Both the position numbers and the translations under genes were made by a program. Shown one piece after another: positions 39,101 through 51,772 of a DNA stretch of 64,000 nt. The notes under the pieces are model-generated. The model searched no databases. It saw only the letters and a list, made by a program, of their open reading frames with translations, and had not been told where the DNA came from. Numbering within the stretch: position 1 is the stretch's first letter; the number at the start of each line of letters is the position of its first letter. Source of the DNA: Batkoa obscura (lineage: Eukaryota); contig JASVEC010000027.1 of the NCBI GenBank assembly GCA_030770535.1, positions 496,001 to 560,000 on the forward strand, given 5' to 3'.

Positions 39101-41237
39101 TAGCGAAAGATTAGCAGCAACAGAACCTCAATTAACATTTGAATTTTTGAGTGAATGCTTTGTGGGTATCAAAAATTCCACTACACCATTAAAACATTTA
39201 TGTTTAGAATATATGGCACCTTGGTTAAGTAATTTAACGTATTTATCACGTAATTCAGCTTTAGAAGCTGGGGGTATTCATAGTCGTACAAGAGAATTAT
39301 TGATATTGATGTTTGATTTAACAGTTAAAGAAACTGAAATGGCACCTTCTATTCAATCTAAAATTTGGCGTACTATTGGTCAAGTAGATGAATTAATTGA
39401 TTTGGTACTTGATACTATTGTACAATATGCAGTAGAACATGGAGCTGGTTCTGTACAATCTGAAATATTAGCAGATACAACAGTAACTTTATCAGCTGTT
39501 AATGTACGTGCTGGTAAATTGGTATCTAGATTAAGAAAATTAATATCTAAAACAGCAATCAGCCCAAAGCGTATACTAACAGAACATGTGGCTTGGGTAG
39601 AGATTGCAGTATTAGTACGATTTAATTTAATGTTATCATTTAATAATCGATTTATTGCTCAACATTATTTACCTGAAGTATTTCATTCAGTTTCTATATT
39701 AGCTGCTTCTGGACCACCTATTATTCGATCTTCAATTCATGGTTTAGTTATTAATGTAATCCAGTCTTTATGTACTTGTTTACCATCCGATCATCCATCT
39801 TTACGTATCTTATCAAATTTATTAGCAGATTTTTCAGAACCTAAATTCCGATTATTATTTGGTTTAAATCGAGTCAATATTAATGCATTTTCTAGATCAG
39901 CTGAAGCTAATATTGATACTAATGATCCAATTCCATTATCTAATTTAGAATCCATTGTTCATACTTTATTAGATGTTATTACTTATGGCTCAGTATCTGT
40001 TGATCAATCAAATATTTGGAGAGCACGTTGGATGTCTTTAGTAACAAGTACAGCCTTTCAGTTTAATCCAGCAGTTCAACCAAGAGCTTTTATTGTATTA
40101 GGATGTTTAGCACGTGGTGAAGTAGACGATGATTTATTATATCAAATATTAGTAGCATTAAGAGGAGCATTGGAATTATTTGATGATACCGATTGTAATT
40201 TAATTGTATCAATTATATTATGTTTATCCAACATAATAGAAAACTTACCAGCTGATAGTAAATATTTACAACCTATGTTTTGGTTAGGGATTGCTTTTGT
40301 TGAAATTGGACATATGCCATTAGTTTCACCAGCAGTTAAATTAGTTGAAGTTGTAATTAAAAGGATGAATTTATATCATATGTTTACTAATGAAGCACCA
40401 AGTACTGTATTAATGAAAGCAAGACAACCCTTTGATCATGTATCTTCTAAACTAGATCAAGGCTTAGGTGTTAATTTTTCTACGGATTTTTCTTTTGCTT
40501 TCTCAGCAGTATTTTTAAGGGGTTTAAAACAATCATTAACAAAAGCATCAACATTAACTATGTTTAAATTAATGCTTGAAATTACACAAAAAGCATATTG
40601 TGAACCAAATCAACAACCACAAATCCTAGGTTATTTATGTGCTCAATTACCAATGGCAGCTAAAAATGGGGATTTAAAAGAATTATTAGAAACAGCTAAT
40701 ATCGAAGATTGTGAAGTAGATAATAACGAATTAAATAATACCTATTTTAAAATATTTGATAAATTACCTGTAACGGATAAAGTGAATACTATTCTCTTAA
40801 TTTCAATGATGACTGGTTTGTTACAATATGCTGAATTTGAAGCTGAACATTTATTTTTATATGGGTTTTTGGCAGAGGCTGCTTTAGCTTATCCAGAAAT
40901 CTTTTCTTTAGTGTAAGTTTATTTAATTATAATTATTTTCAATCTCATTTATTAATATTGAATTCTATATAGCCAAAAAAGATTAGTACCTAAAATGACT
41001 CAAGTTTTACATTCGAATCAAACCGCAGCTATTATAGATTCAGTACAATCCATTTTATATACTGTAATTTCCAACCCCTTTTATAAAGGTACTTCTCATA
41101 AGGATATTTCCTTAGCATTAGAACCATTAGGTTTTGTGGGGTTACTAGAATGTGCAGCTATCCCCGATTTACCTAAAGATGAATTATTACATAACGCACG
41201 ATTAGCCGCTGGCTTAGTAGAAAATATTATTGGTTAA
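33124..41237 (+). CDS. NF1: Neurofibromin/Ira1-Ira2-like Ras GTPase-activating protein (~2646 aa); exons 33124-33177, 33225-33374, 33441-40912, 40973-41237
   Basis: Arginine finger ELFRRNS, RasGAP signature FLRFFCPAIVAP, Sec14/PH-like region, VPGTLLNMALLN and FQFNPAVQPRAF motifs; introns splice in frame. Confidence 0.93.
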
Positions 41238-41459
41238 AATTATTGAAGACAGTTTTATTATTTTAATTCTATTTTATACAAAATGAATAAATAAATTTAA
41301 TATTATTAAGGTTCTTATTAAAGAAAAGATAAGTTTTTTATTTAAATCAATTAAATAGGATTATATAAAAGGAATATGTGAAATCAAAAGAACTTTATAA
41401 GAGAGCGAAATAAGGAAAAGAGAAAAGAAAGTGAGTATATATAATGAATAAGAATTCAA

Positions 41460-42134
41460 TTAAAATACTTTATGATCAATAAATTTAGATTTATCTACTT
41501 TAGCACAGATATAAGCCATTGTCGTAATAATAGCTAAACAAATAGGGGTATCTAGATTTTGATAAAAGAATAAAGTACCTGGTTTTAATAATTGATAATC
41601 TCTTTGAAATTTAGCGATTAATAAATTCTTTGATTTGTTAATTAAATGATAACCCATTGGTTTGTGCTCATTGCCAATAGGTAATATATCTAATTTAAAA
41701 TTCATATTGGAATTAATTAAATGTTTAATTTCCAACTCATAGCTACGCCATTGAATAAAACCTAAACTTAATAAATAAGGCGAATGTAAAATAAATTCAT
41801 AACTTTGTTCAATATTAAATTTTAATTGATAACTCTTTCTTTTAATTGGTAACATACTGAATTTACAATTTAATTCAATTATATTCTTTTCTTCTGTTTC
41901 AATTACATTATATTGGTTTAATTTTTTCAATCCTCGAAATGTATATGCTATATCTTTTTTAAAATCATTAATATAATAATAATTATGACCCAATATACCT
42001 CGTTCACTAAAGATATATTGAGAATAAATTTGATTTGTATTCGGAAAATTGAGTTCACTAAGTTGTAAATTTAATCGACTTCGTTGACTTTTTTGACTAC
42101 TATGACTATTAGATGTTATTGATGTGGAAGACAT
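41460..42134 (-). CDS. Hypothetical protein, possibly Tubby/LURP-one/scramblase-like fold
   Basis: 224-aa intronless ORF with a beta-rich body and a terminal hydrophobic helix (LDTPICLAIITTMAYI). Confidence 0.6.
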   Translation of the reverse strand: MSSTSITSNSHSSQKSQRSRLNLQLSELNFPNTNQIYSQYIFSERGILGHNYYYINDFKKDIAYTFRGLKKLNQYNVIETEEKNIIELNCKFSMLPIKRKSYQLKFNIEQSYEFILHSPYLLSLGFIQWRSYELEIKHLINSNMNFKLDILPIGNEHKPMGYHLINKSKNLLIAKFQRDYQLLKPGTLFFYQNLDTPICLAIITTMAYICAKVDKSKFIDHKVF

Positions 42135-42964
42135 TGAACAGGATTATTTTTAAATAATGAAGAGCTTAAATAATTACCCTGATATATTTCATAGTTTCTA
42201 TTTTTCAATAGAAAGTTAAATTTCCATCTCAACTTGATGTACCAATAAATTAAATTTCCGTATTATTTCTACATCTTTTATCCTTTATAAAATTGAAGAT
42301 TCTAGTTTGCTTGGTCTTAAAATTTTCAGTTAATTAAATTGATTAACTAGGAGTAATAAATCTCTTTTAATTGGTTCAAAAATAAAAATTTTAAGCTTGT
42401 TTTTAAAAAAAATTAAGATTTGAAAAGGATTAAAAATATACAAAAATAATTGATATTTTCAATCTTTAAATTTGAATTTACATAGTTCTTATTTCTATAA
42501 ATTATAGCATCACAATAAAAACTCCGCTTATTGACCTTCTTTTAATATTATATTGATTTTCTTTATATCATATTGACCTTCTTTATAAGCCTTTAATTGA
42601 ACTTTTCCAAACCACTTGAGCTTTTCTTAATAAGAAATATTCCAAACTAGTCCACCAAATAAACTTTACCATTAAAATATATTTACAAAAATTCTTTTCA
42701 TCAAAAATCATTCAATTTCAATAAGTTAATTACTAAATAATGACTATTTCAATGATTTTGAAATCATACTTCTACAATAACTTTGAAGTTTAAATAACCA
42801 TTATTTCAAATTAAGTAAAATTAAGTTGTCACTTGTGTATCAATATTAAATGATTTCAAAAAATGATGTCATTTTTGATCAATCCTTATGTTAAAAAAAA
42901 TTAGTATAAATTCAGATTGAAAGGCATTCAAAACAGATTGAAATTAAGGATTGAATTTTAAATC

Positions 42965-43567
42965 ATGATAATTGTACGGGACACTACAAGTATGCGAAGT
43001 AATTCAATTAATAGTATGGAAAATGTTCCACTTCAAGAATTGGGGGATAATAATATAACAAATAAAATGGAATTAATTTTAGAAGATAACAATCATATGA
43101 AAGATAATAAAATATGCTTATTAAAAGATAATAAAAATCAATATTTAATTACATTATCCAGTCGAAGTAGTGGTATTATAATTGACCAAAATAAAGTACC
43201 TATTGGTTTAATATCAAAAAGTGGGTTAAATGGTCGGATATTGGGAGAATATACAATTAAATTATATTTAGAAGAAAAGAAATTTACTGTAAAATTAAGT
43301 AAAACGAATAAATTAAGTAAGAATCCTAATGAATGGTTAATTCAAGTTAGTAAAGAACAAAGTAAAAAAATTGGTTTTTTAAAACATAGAAAACTAGTAT
43401 TTTGTAAAGATAAAGAGATGGATAATTGGCATCTCTATTGTACAGGAATGGATTTAAACATTTTATTATTAAGTGTATCAGGGAATCAAATTGAATTTCA
43501 TACCTTATTACCTAGTCATTTTAAGCTTCTATTGGCTTTCTCTATTACTTTTATATTGAATCGCTAA
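42965..43567 (+). CDS. Hypothetical protein, possibly Tubby/LURP-one-like fold
   Basis: 200-aa intronless ORF with an upstream TATAAA and a terminal hydrophobic helix (FKLLLAFSITFIL). Confidence 0.6.
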   Translation: MIIVRDTTSMRSNSINSMENVPLQELGDNNITNKMELILEDNNHMKDNKICLLKDNKNQYLITLSSRSSGIIIDQNKVPIGLISKSGLNGRILGEYTIKLYLEEKKFTVKLSKTNKLSKNPNEWLIQVSKEQSKKIGFLKHRKLVFCKDKEMDNWHLYCTGMDLNILLLSVSGNQIEFHTLLPSHFKLLLAFSITFILNR

Positions 43568-44027
43568 TTGTTTATATTAAAATTTGTATTTAGTTTGTAG
43601 TTTTGATATGTTCGATTTGTTTATTTTTTTAAAACATTAAAATTGCTTTTTTTGCTTATAGATTCAGTCTAAGTTAAAGTTATTACTGATGAATGTTAAT
43701 ATTTATGAATAATATATGATTTATAAAGTTAAAATTAATAATGTTATAATAAAAATCAACATTAAAATAATATATAGAGGCTATGTGTAATAGTATATGA
43801 CAATGATGGATATATTTAGGCTTATAAGCTCATGACAATATTCAATAAAAATCGTACTACAAATTTTAAATTAGTAAAAAACTTAGTTGATGCGTCTACT
43901 ATATGATTGGTTTAAATCCAAGCCATCCAAAGAGAATATTCTTTAATATATTTTATAAAAAATAATAAAAATATATTTTTTTTTTTAACTCATTTTAATT
44001 AGACAACAATATAAGGAAAACGATAAA

Positions 44028-44465
44028 ATGAATAATCCCAAATCAGTAGCTTATGGATGGTAAATAATAATCTAGAAATAATATCATAACTGATAAACTA
44101 ATTAAATTCCATTTTTTAGGGCGGCATTAACAGTAGGTAAAGAATGAGCAATAATAAATTAATCAAATAAAATAATAAAATTTCAAAATCCACTAGCTGC
44201 TGCTTTTTCTTATATTATGGCCAAAGATGAAATTGATAAAAGAAGAAAAGCCTATGCTCATAAACAAGAGATATTAACTTGTAAGTTTCTATTTTAGTTT
44301 TACTTGAAATAAATTAAATTTAGTCAACTTTATTTAATGAATTTTTTTCTCCCAGGGGAACAAAGAGTAGCCAACGAAGAAGCTAGATTAGCTAAAGAAA
44401 AACCAGCAATTGAAAAAACAAAAGAGAATCCGATAGAGAAGACTACTTCACTAGAGAATAAATGA
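44028..44465 (+). CDS. Small fungal single-TM protein, DUF4748-like (80 aa); exons 44028-44059, 44120-44136, 44197-44280, 44356-44465; not in the ORF track
   Basis: Spliced MNNPKSVAYGWAALTVAAAFSYIMAKDEIDKRRK...; three canonical introns give 243 nt in frame. Confidence 0.82.
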
Positions 44466-44562
44466 TAAATACAAGTAATCAAAATTATTTTACTAAAGAA
44501 TAAAAGATAATGATATTTTATTGATTTATTGTCAAAAATATTAGAAGTTTTAAATAAAATAT

Positions 44563-45967
44563 TTAACATAAAGAGTCATCATCCGATTCAACAATTTCTT
44601 GTTTTTGTTTTTCATTAGATGCAATATCTCCTGGTTTAGGTTCATTAGAAGATAAGGTAGTAGTTGGCTGATCCTTAACAGGTAATTTAACAGTAGAAGT
44701 ACCAGGTAATTTTAATCGTTTAGCTACTTTTGCAATCTAAAAAAATTATATAATTTCATTTAATATATGAATGTTTTAATATATAAAATAGAAACTCACT
44801 TCATTATCTAGAAATAAAATGGCATTTTTATTTATACAGTTTAACCATTCTTCTTGATTACTATCTTCATAATAACATAATAAAGATTGAATTATTTCAT
44901 ATTCACTAGAGCCAATAAAACCATTTCTTCAAATAAGATAGGTTAATAAAGAGATTTATAAATAATAAAATTAATATTCAAACTTACTCATTATTACCCC
45001 AATCAATAATTTTTTTGCTAGCAATCGAATCACCATAAGCTAACCAAATAATAAATAAACTTAATATGATTTTATTGGATGTGGACGGGTTAGTCAAATT
45101 ATTAGTAATTTGTTTCATTTCTTTTAATACTTTATCTGCTTCAATCCAACTATTAAAAATAATAATTAGTTAATTAATTAGTTTAATAATATCAGGTAAA
45201 CTAATTCTTACTTCTTTTCTTTTATCAATAAACTTTGCCATTTTCGATAACTTTCAATACTGAATTTCCCTTTTTCTTCACTTACATAAGTTTCACAAGC
45301 TAATTTTAATAGCTCAATTGCTTTCTCTACTTCAATAGGTTCAAAAATCCTATTTATAAAAAAAAATCAATATCATTCCTGAAATAATACCACCCCACAT
45401 AAAACTTACTTTGCATATTTCTCTAATAATTGAGCTGCAATATCCATCGACCCAGATAATTTATAATAATCCGAACTAGTCATTAAATGCTTGTAAGCTA
45501 CTTCATAATCTTGTAAATTTAAAGCTAAGGAACTTGATTGTTCATAACATTTTCCAGCCATAAAATAACTAAACATTTAAAACAAGTTACAATTAGTATA
45601 ATTGAAAAATAAATGAATAAAAGTAATGAATTTACTTGTTGATTTCTAAATAATATTTACCCGCTAAATTATAAGTTTCTAGTGCTGGTTTGTTATATTT
45701 GATACTTTTATAACAATTGGCTATAAAAGGGCAAAATTAGTTTTGATTATTATGATATTATTTTTTGTTTAGTTCCATATAGCTTACCAGCTTGTTCATA
45801 ATATTGAGCTGCTATCGAATAATCGGGACTTGAAAACCAAGATTTTTTGGTACTAAAAGAGACATTACAAGTATTATTTAAGTCCAAAGTTATAAATTGA
45901 TATTAATTTACGATTTTTCTGCTTTTTTTAGAAAGTCTTGTGCTTCTTGAAGTTTACTGTCTTCCAT
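44563..45967 (-). CDS. NAPG: Gamma-soluble NSF attachment protein (gamma-SNAP), 8 exons; not in the ORF track
   Basis: Spliced N-terminus MEDSKLQEAQDFLKKAEKSTKKSWFSSPDYSIAAQYYEQAANCYK, AGKCYEQ, FLDNEIAKVA, acidic tail ending DDDSLC. Confidence 0.82.
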
Positions 45968-46365
45968 CGGATTTATTTTTTATTAAAAGAGTTCTTTGAT
46001 AAATAATGCGATGATATTATTTTTATTAATTTTTAAAACTCAATGCCTTTGATTTTTGCATAGTCACTGAATTTAATTTAAAGCTATTATGGAACTAAAT
46101 AAACTTGCCCAAAAAAGTTCCAAACTTTTAAAGATAAGATTCTTATTACATCACAATTATAATAAGAAAAAATCAATCTTTTACTTTACTTTGTTAAATA
46201 TTTTTTCTTGATATAACTGTGATGATAATAAAAAGTCGTGTAAATTAGTTGGAATCAACAATAAAAAATATGAGACAAATTTATAAAATGTAAATGATTC
46301 AAACTTTATTGCTACAATAAAATATACCTAAAGATATAATCAGTTACTAAAACCAGAAAAAAGGA

Positions 46366-47193
46366 TTAATAATCCGAAAGCATCGAATACTTTGAGTAAC
46401 CTTTTATAAAGGTGAAACTCTTATTCTTAGTTCTCTTCAAGTTAGAAGCTGTTATAAATATAATAATAGGTTGAATAAAACCAGCTAAAGATTTAAGTAA
46501 TATACTAGAATAAGCGATATTGACACTTAAACTTGGTAAAATAGTCAAGTTAGATAATACAAACAAAAATAATAAGAGGTAAGAAGAGAATAACACAATC
46601 AATGGGGACAAAAAGTTAACTAAGAATAAAACTAAAGAGTAATCATGTTTTCTAAAACATTGGAATAAATAAAAAGTGAATGTTATAGTTGAGAGTATTA
46701 TGAACAAAATGTAGTAAGTGTATAGGTTTAAAACGACAACACCATCATCACTTAATTCAATTACTTGATTCATACTACACCATAAAATTATATTTTCTAT
46801 TAAACTGGATAGTAAAGCGACCATCAAAATGACCTTATAATGAGCGGAAGTAGCGGTTGTATAACTGTTTTTAAAATGAAAGAGTAGTACAAACAAATAT
46901 AATACATAATAACGTTCTATGATACATTGTAAAATTGAATTTGTATAATATAAAATTTGATTTAAATTATAAATGGAAATTATATGAGACAGGATATTAC
47001 TCAATTGATAAACTGTACTCATAACAATAATGGAATATATAGGTTGAATCTGTTCATTTCTTAATTTTTTATATTTTGGATTATTGTAAATAAATAAATA
47101 AACTAAGTTTAATAAGAGTGCTAATCCACTTATACCAATAGAACCATATTGAGTTAGAAGTAAATCGTTAGTGTCAGCATTATTGTCACTCAT
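46366..47193 (-). CDS. Polytopic membrane protein, about 7 TM segments, GPCR-like
   Basis: 275-aa intronless ORF with about seven hydrophobic segments and a basic C-terminal tail. Confidence 0.65.
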   Translation of the reverse strand: MSDNNADTNDLLLTQYGSIGISGLALLLNLVYLFIYNNPKYKKLRNEQIQPIYSIIVMSTVYQLSNILSHIISIYNLNQILYYTNSILQCIIERYYVLYLFVLLFHFKNSYTTATSAHYKVILMVALLSSLIENIILWCSMNQVIELSDDGVVVLNLYTYYILFIILSTITFTFYLFQCFRKHDYSLVLFLVNFLSPLIVLFSSYLLLFLFVLSNLTILPSLSVNIAYSSILLKSLAGFIQPIIIFITASNLKRTKNKSFTFIKGYSKYSMLSDY

Positions 47194-47699
47194 TATTATT
47201 ATTATAGAATATGTTAAATTCTGTTTACCTACTCTTATTTATACTTTTTTTAATGCTACTACTGTTTAACTTCCAAACTAAGAATGTGGCAAAGCAAACA
47301 AAATGTATAATAATTCTCAAGCTTGATTTAAATTAATAAAAAAAGGATGATCATTTAAATTTCTTATATCGTTCATTTTATATCATTACTTTTATTTGAA
47401 TAAAAACGATATCAAGTGCTCAAGTTTTTTTAATAAAGTACCATTTTTAATTCATTTCTTTTTTCATCTAGTTACCCTTCCCACTTTATCTTTTAATAAA
47501 TTCTAGTTGCTTCAATCAATTTACTAATTTTGTGTTCCCGTTTTCTATCAAATAAGTGTTTGAATTTGAGATGCTTATTGTACCAGTTTATGCTAATTCC
47601 TACATGATTTAATTTTTGATAATCACCTTTGCATAACTTTTTGCCTGTAACATTGGGTATAATCCTTTGCACATGAAATATTTAAAATTATTAAATAGT

Positions 47700-48170
47700 T
47701 ATTTAACACTACTCTGACATCAGATGAACCTTTTCTTAATAATTGACGCTATAATCTGGATTATTCAACGTTATTTTATCTTAACTAGAACCATATCTCA
47801 TTAGCTTTTTCAATAACAGCATCAGCTAATGATCAGAAAGTATTCGTAGCCAAAAAGTATTTCATAGTGTCATTCAGATTTTCTTATTCTGAAGCTGATA
47901 AAACCCCTTTAAGTCCTTTCTTTGGCTCAAGAGCCGCTAACTCTAACTCTTGCCTGCTTTTTTCACACCAATTTTTTATTTCATTGGCTATTAATTCTCA
48001 TATTCGTTACTTGTTTTTATAAGATAAATCATTGTTCTTATAGTCGCTAAAAGTGGGAAATGGATGGTTCAGATTTTTTGAGCAAATTTGCTTTTAAAAC
48101 TGCGCAAAAAATCATAAACTAGACAAACTTGGATAGATTTGCACTAGGACTTGTAAGCAAAAGCACCTTT
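47700..48170 (-). pseudogene. Possible decayed coding remnant of unknown identity
   Basis: Protein-like frame ANEIKNWCEKSRQELELAALEPKKGLKGVLSASE*ENLNDTMKYFLATNTF*SLADAVIEKLMRYG with scattered stops. Confidence 0.3.
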
Positions 48171-48618
48171 TAATTCCATAATAAATTTTAATAAGGATTA
48201 GCACTAAATTAAAATTTATAAATGAAAGTTTATTAAAATAAAATACTTGAGTTGAAGCAAATTAAAAGTAAAATATTAGTATTTGTAATTCTGTTTAATT
48301 AATATTGTGTGAAAATTAATCAGTTAGAACTTTCATAACAAGTTTTATCAAATAGTATAAATTATGTTTATATTTAAATACAACAAAAAAAGTTTAGTTA
48401 TTTTTTATTAGTTATACAGTACAAACTTTTTACTGATTAGTGCTGAAATAAACTTAAAACGTTTATTTTCCTACTTTGATGACTATATTAAAGTAAAAAT
48501 TAGCAAAATTAATATTAAGATGTTTTTTTTTGAAACTTGTCTACTTTTTAGTCTAAAATCTAAATAAATTCCTAGTTTTTAGTATAAAAAATTTTAAACT
48601 TAATTTTTATCAAACTTG

Positions 48619-48721
48619 ATGAGGATGTTTTTTTTGGTTTCATTATTTTTTCTATCTTCTAAGCGCCATTTGAGTGGAAAAATTGTTAGTAAAATCCTTA
48701 AATACAAAAATACATCCCCAT
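48619..48721 (-). mobile_element. MITE family A copy
   Basis: atgaggatgtttt...aagcgccatttgagtgg...acatccccat. Confidence 0.88.
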
Positions 48722-48777
48722 ATATTATTTTTATTTAAACTTAATATAAGTTAAAATACATTGAACAAATATACTAT

Positions 48778-48879
48778 ATGGGGATGTATTTTTGTGTTAA
48801 GAATTTTACTAACAATCTTTCCGCTCAAATAGCGCTTAAAAAATGCAAAAAATAATGAAACCAAAAAAAACATCCCCAT
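48778..48879 (+). mobile_element. MITE family A copy, inverted pair with the previous copy
   Basis: atggggatgt...ccgctcaaatagcgctt...acatccccat. Confidence 0.9.
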
Positions 48880-49055
48880 TGTGAAATATTGCTTTATCAG
48901 CTCTCGGATTAATTATAAGATAATAATCATTAAACTTGTTTACAAAACTAGTTGTAGTCTTGTAATTAATTTAACCGTGAGCCATGTATTATAATCAATC
49001 CAGAGTTCCTTGTTTTGATTTGTTGTGAGGATTTCTAACTTCATATTGCCAAGAA

Positions 49056-49095
49056 TGATATCCTCTCATTTTGATATCCTCTCATTTTGATATCC
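49056..49095. repeat. 16-bp tandem repeat x2.5
   Basis: tgatatcctctcattt repeated. Confidence 0.85.
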
Positions 49096-49100
49096 GTGCT

Positions 49101-49391
49101 TGTTGGAGTATAAAAGAGATTCTTCAACATGATAACTCGAGGCTTTTTTAATTGGATTACTCCCTGATAACGTATCGTTAATAAAATCACTAAGTCTTTC
49201 TGACAACATCTTATATAGATTTTTCAGTAGTATCTTCTATTGTATTTGTTTTACATAATTCGTAGCTTACTACATACTATTTCTATTAAGTTAAGTCTAT
49301 CTTAGTTACATAAACTAAAACCCTTCAACTCAAGGCAAGTTAATTAAGCAAGAGTAGCTTTTAACTTCGACCACTAAGTATCAACTTTCAC
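49101..49391 (-). repeat. Dispersed ~290-bp repeat, copy A
   Basis: Diverged reverse complement of 59766-60056 (for example ctttctgacaacatctta versus taagatgttgtcagaaag). Confidence 0.85.
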
Positions 49392-50749
49392 ATAAGGGAT
49401 TCTGAATTGACTATTATGTTATAATCAATCATAGAGCTAATGAAGCGATGTTTCACACCATATATTATTATTATTTATAAATCTATTTTAGTTATTAAAA
49501 CTAAGAAAAGTTAATAATTAGTTGTAGTTTTAAATACTATATTAAATTTTATTATAAATTAGCATAAAATTAAATATAAAATTTCTTATTTAAGCTTATT
49601 AAAATAAAACTTTTTAACTTTGGAAATAAGTTGGTTACATTATTAAATAATATATTAAAATTTTATAGTTTTTTTAGTATATATTTTTTAAGTTTATCTA
49701 ATAAAAATTATTACATTTTGTTTGAATTTAAAATGATTAAAAAAGAGATTATACATTAATAATGCTTGATATTAAAATAAAGTTAAAAAATGATATTTCA
49801 GAACCTATTTTATATATTCATTATTTATAAATACTTTATAACTGATGTAGAAATTTTATAAAAAAAATAAAAAATGTGATTTCTCATTACACAACCTAAT
49901 GTAAAGCATCTAATCGTAACTTGATATTTATTTATTTATTTTTATATGCGGAAAGTTCAGTTTACTTTAAAAACTCTATAAAGTGCTAGAATAATGAGTA
50001 GGATCAAAAGGTTTGTTAGGGAAGAGGGACACCTTATGAAGTTGATCATGTGATCTTAATCAGTACATGATAACAGTCATATTTTTTGGGAGAGGATCTT
50101 GATCGATGGTAGGCATAAAGAAACTACATGTGTGATTATCTTTTTTTTCTCTGCAATGTTGGTATGAAAAGTTAGGAAAGCGTAGATTTATCGCATAACT
50201 TGCTCAGGTTGTAATAAATTATCCATGTTACATAAGCAACTAATGAGCTAGAATAAAGCCATGCTAGGCTAGGAAAAATAGTATATATAAAATCAAAAAT
50301 CAAAGACTGATCCTCTTTGTAAAAGTAGTTTAATTCGTGATTAAAACCAAAAGTACACTGTTACCATAAAAGCTGTATTTCAAAACATATCAATTTGTCC
50401 TTAATAGACTCACTTCCTTATAAACTGAAAAGTCATTTGGGCGAGATAAGAGGGTTGGAATAGCGCACTTTATGAGGGAGTATTAGGCTTTTTCTGGCAC
50501 TCTCTAAAGCATAGTTTATTATTTGAAGCTAAGTTGTTATAAATTATTATAAAATTTAACTATTTTATAAATTAGTTACTATAATTTAAATGTTTTAAAT
50601 GTGACTCAAACGCAATAAAGCATTCATATACAAGCCAGTATTGAATTCTTTCATAAAAAGCAACAATAGCTATTAAAACAGCGACTTGGTTTTACATAAA
50701 TATGTATTTGTAATTTTTGGAATTCAAAAAGCATTTCTAGATAAAAAAT

Positions 50750-50853
50750 ATGGAGGAGGTTTTTTTTTATTTCATCACTTTTTCCATTTTTCAAGCACTA
50801 TTTGAGTAGAATAATTGTTAGTAAAATTCTTAAACAAAAAAATACATCCCTGT
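50750..50853 (-). mobile_element. MITE family A copy (degenerate)
   Basis: atggaggagg...aagcactatttgag...atacatccc. Confidence 0.8.
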
Positions 50854-51079
50854 ATCATTTTAGTTAATTATCAGTTATTTTGATTTTAATAGCATTTTAC
50901 AAATATTTTATAAAAGTGAATTTTCATTTTATTTATCAACAATGATCTAAAAAAAATGCACAGTTTGCATTTCTAAGCTAAAGTATAAAATACATTATCT
51001 TATAAAAAGTTATTTATTACTGTGAATCGTGCTAAATAGAAATCTCGAATATCTTTAAGCTTAAACTTTTATTAAAAAA

Positions 51080-51772
51080 TTAGTGATAAGGGGTAGCGTT
51101 GTTATAACCATCGAATTTAGTACCAGCACCAATAATGCCAACTCCAGTAGATGAACCATAGTTATTGGAAGTACCAACAGATCCGGCTCCGTTGGAAATG
51201 ATTCCAACAGTGTTACCTGAATTAGCACCAGAGTATAATCCAAGAGATTGAGCGTAACTAATTCCAGATCCAGTGGCGCCAGAAGAGTTTAAGTAATTAC
51301 CTTGAGAGGCTTGGAAGCCGGTGGAACCACCAAAACCAGCGTTACCTATGGTGACACCTGAAGTAGATCCAGTACCAAAAGAACTGGCATTAGAACCATA
51401 ACCATTAGTACTTCCACTTCCAAAGCTAGATCCTACATTGACGAATCCAAAATTGCCAGTGGCACCAGAGATAGCATTGCTTCCTGATGAAAAAGCATTG
51501 CTATATTGATTAGCAGTACCACTTGCTACATTTGAGCTAGCACCGAAGGAAGCATATGGTCCTGAACCAATTCCTGCTGTAGTTCCGAAGTTTGAAGTAG
51601 AACCACTTCCAGCTGCTGAACCGAAAGACGAACTTACAGAAGCACTTCCGCCATTGGTAATCCCCCCAATAGCACCTGAGCCACTAACTTGAGATAGTGA
51701 ATTGTTTGGTACTGGAACGGCAAGGATGGAAGCCAAAGCTAAAGCAATCATGAAAGGAACGAATTTTACCAT
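51080..51772 (-). CDS. Secreted Gly/Ser/Asn-rich low-complexity protein
   Basis: Signal peptide MVKFVPFMIALALASILA-VP; mature region almost uncharged, no Cys; GC-richer than its flanks. Confidence 0.88.
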   Translation of the reverse strand: MVKFVPFMIALALASILAVPVPNNSLSQVSGSGAIGGITNGGSASVSSSFGSAAGSGSTSNFGTTAGIGSGPYASFGASSNVASGTANQYSNAFSSGSNAISGATGNFGFVNVGSSFGSGSTNGYGSNASSFGTGSTSGVTIGNAGFGGSTGFQASQGNYLNSSGATGSGISYAQSLGLYSGANSGNTVGIISNGAGSVGTSNNYGSSTGVGIIGAGTKFDGYNNATPYH

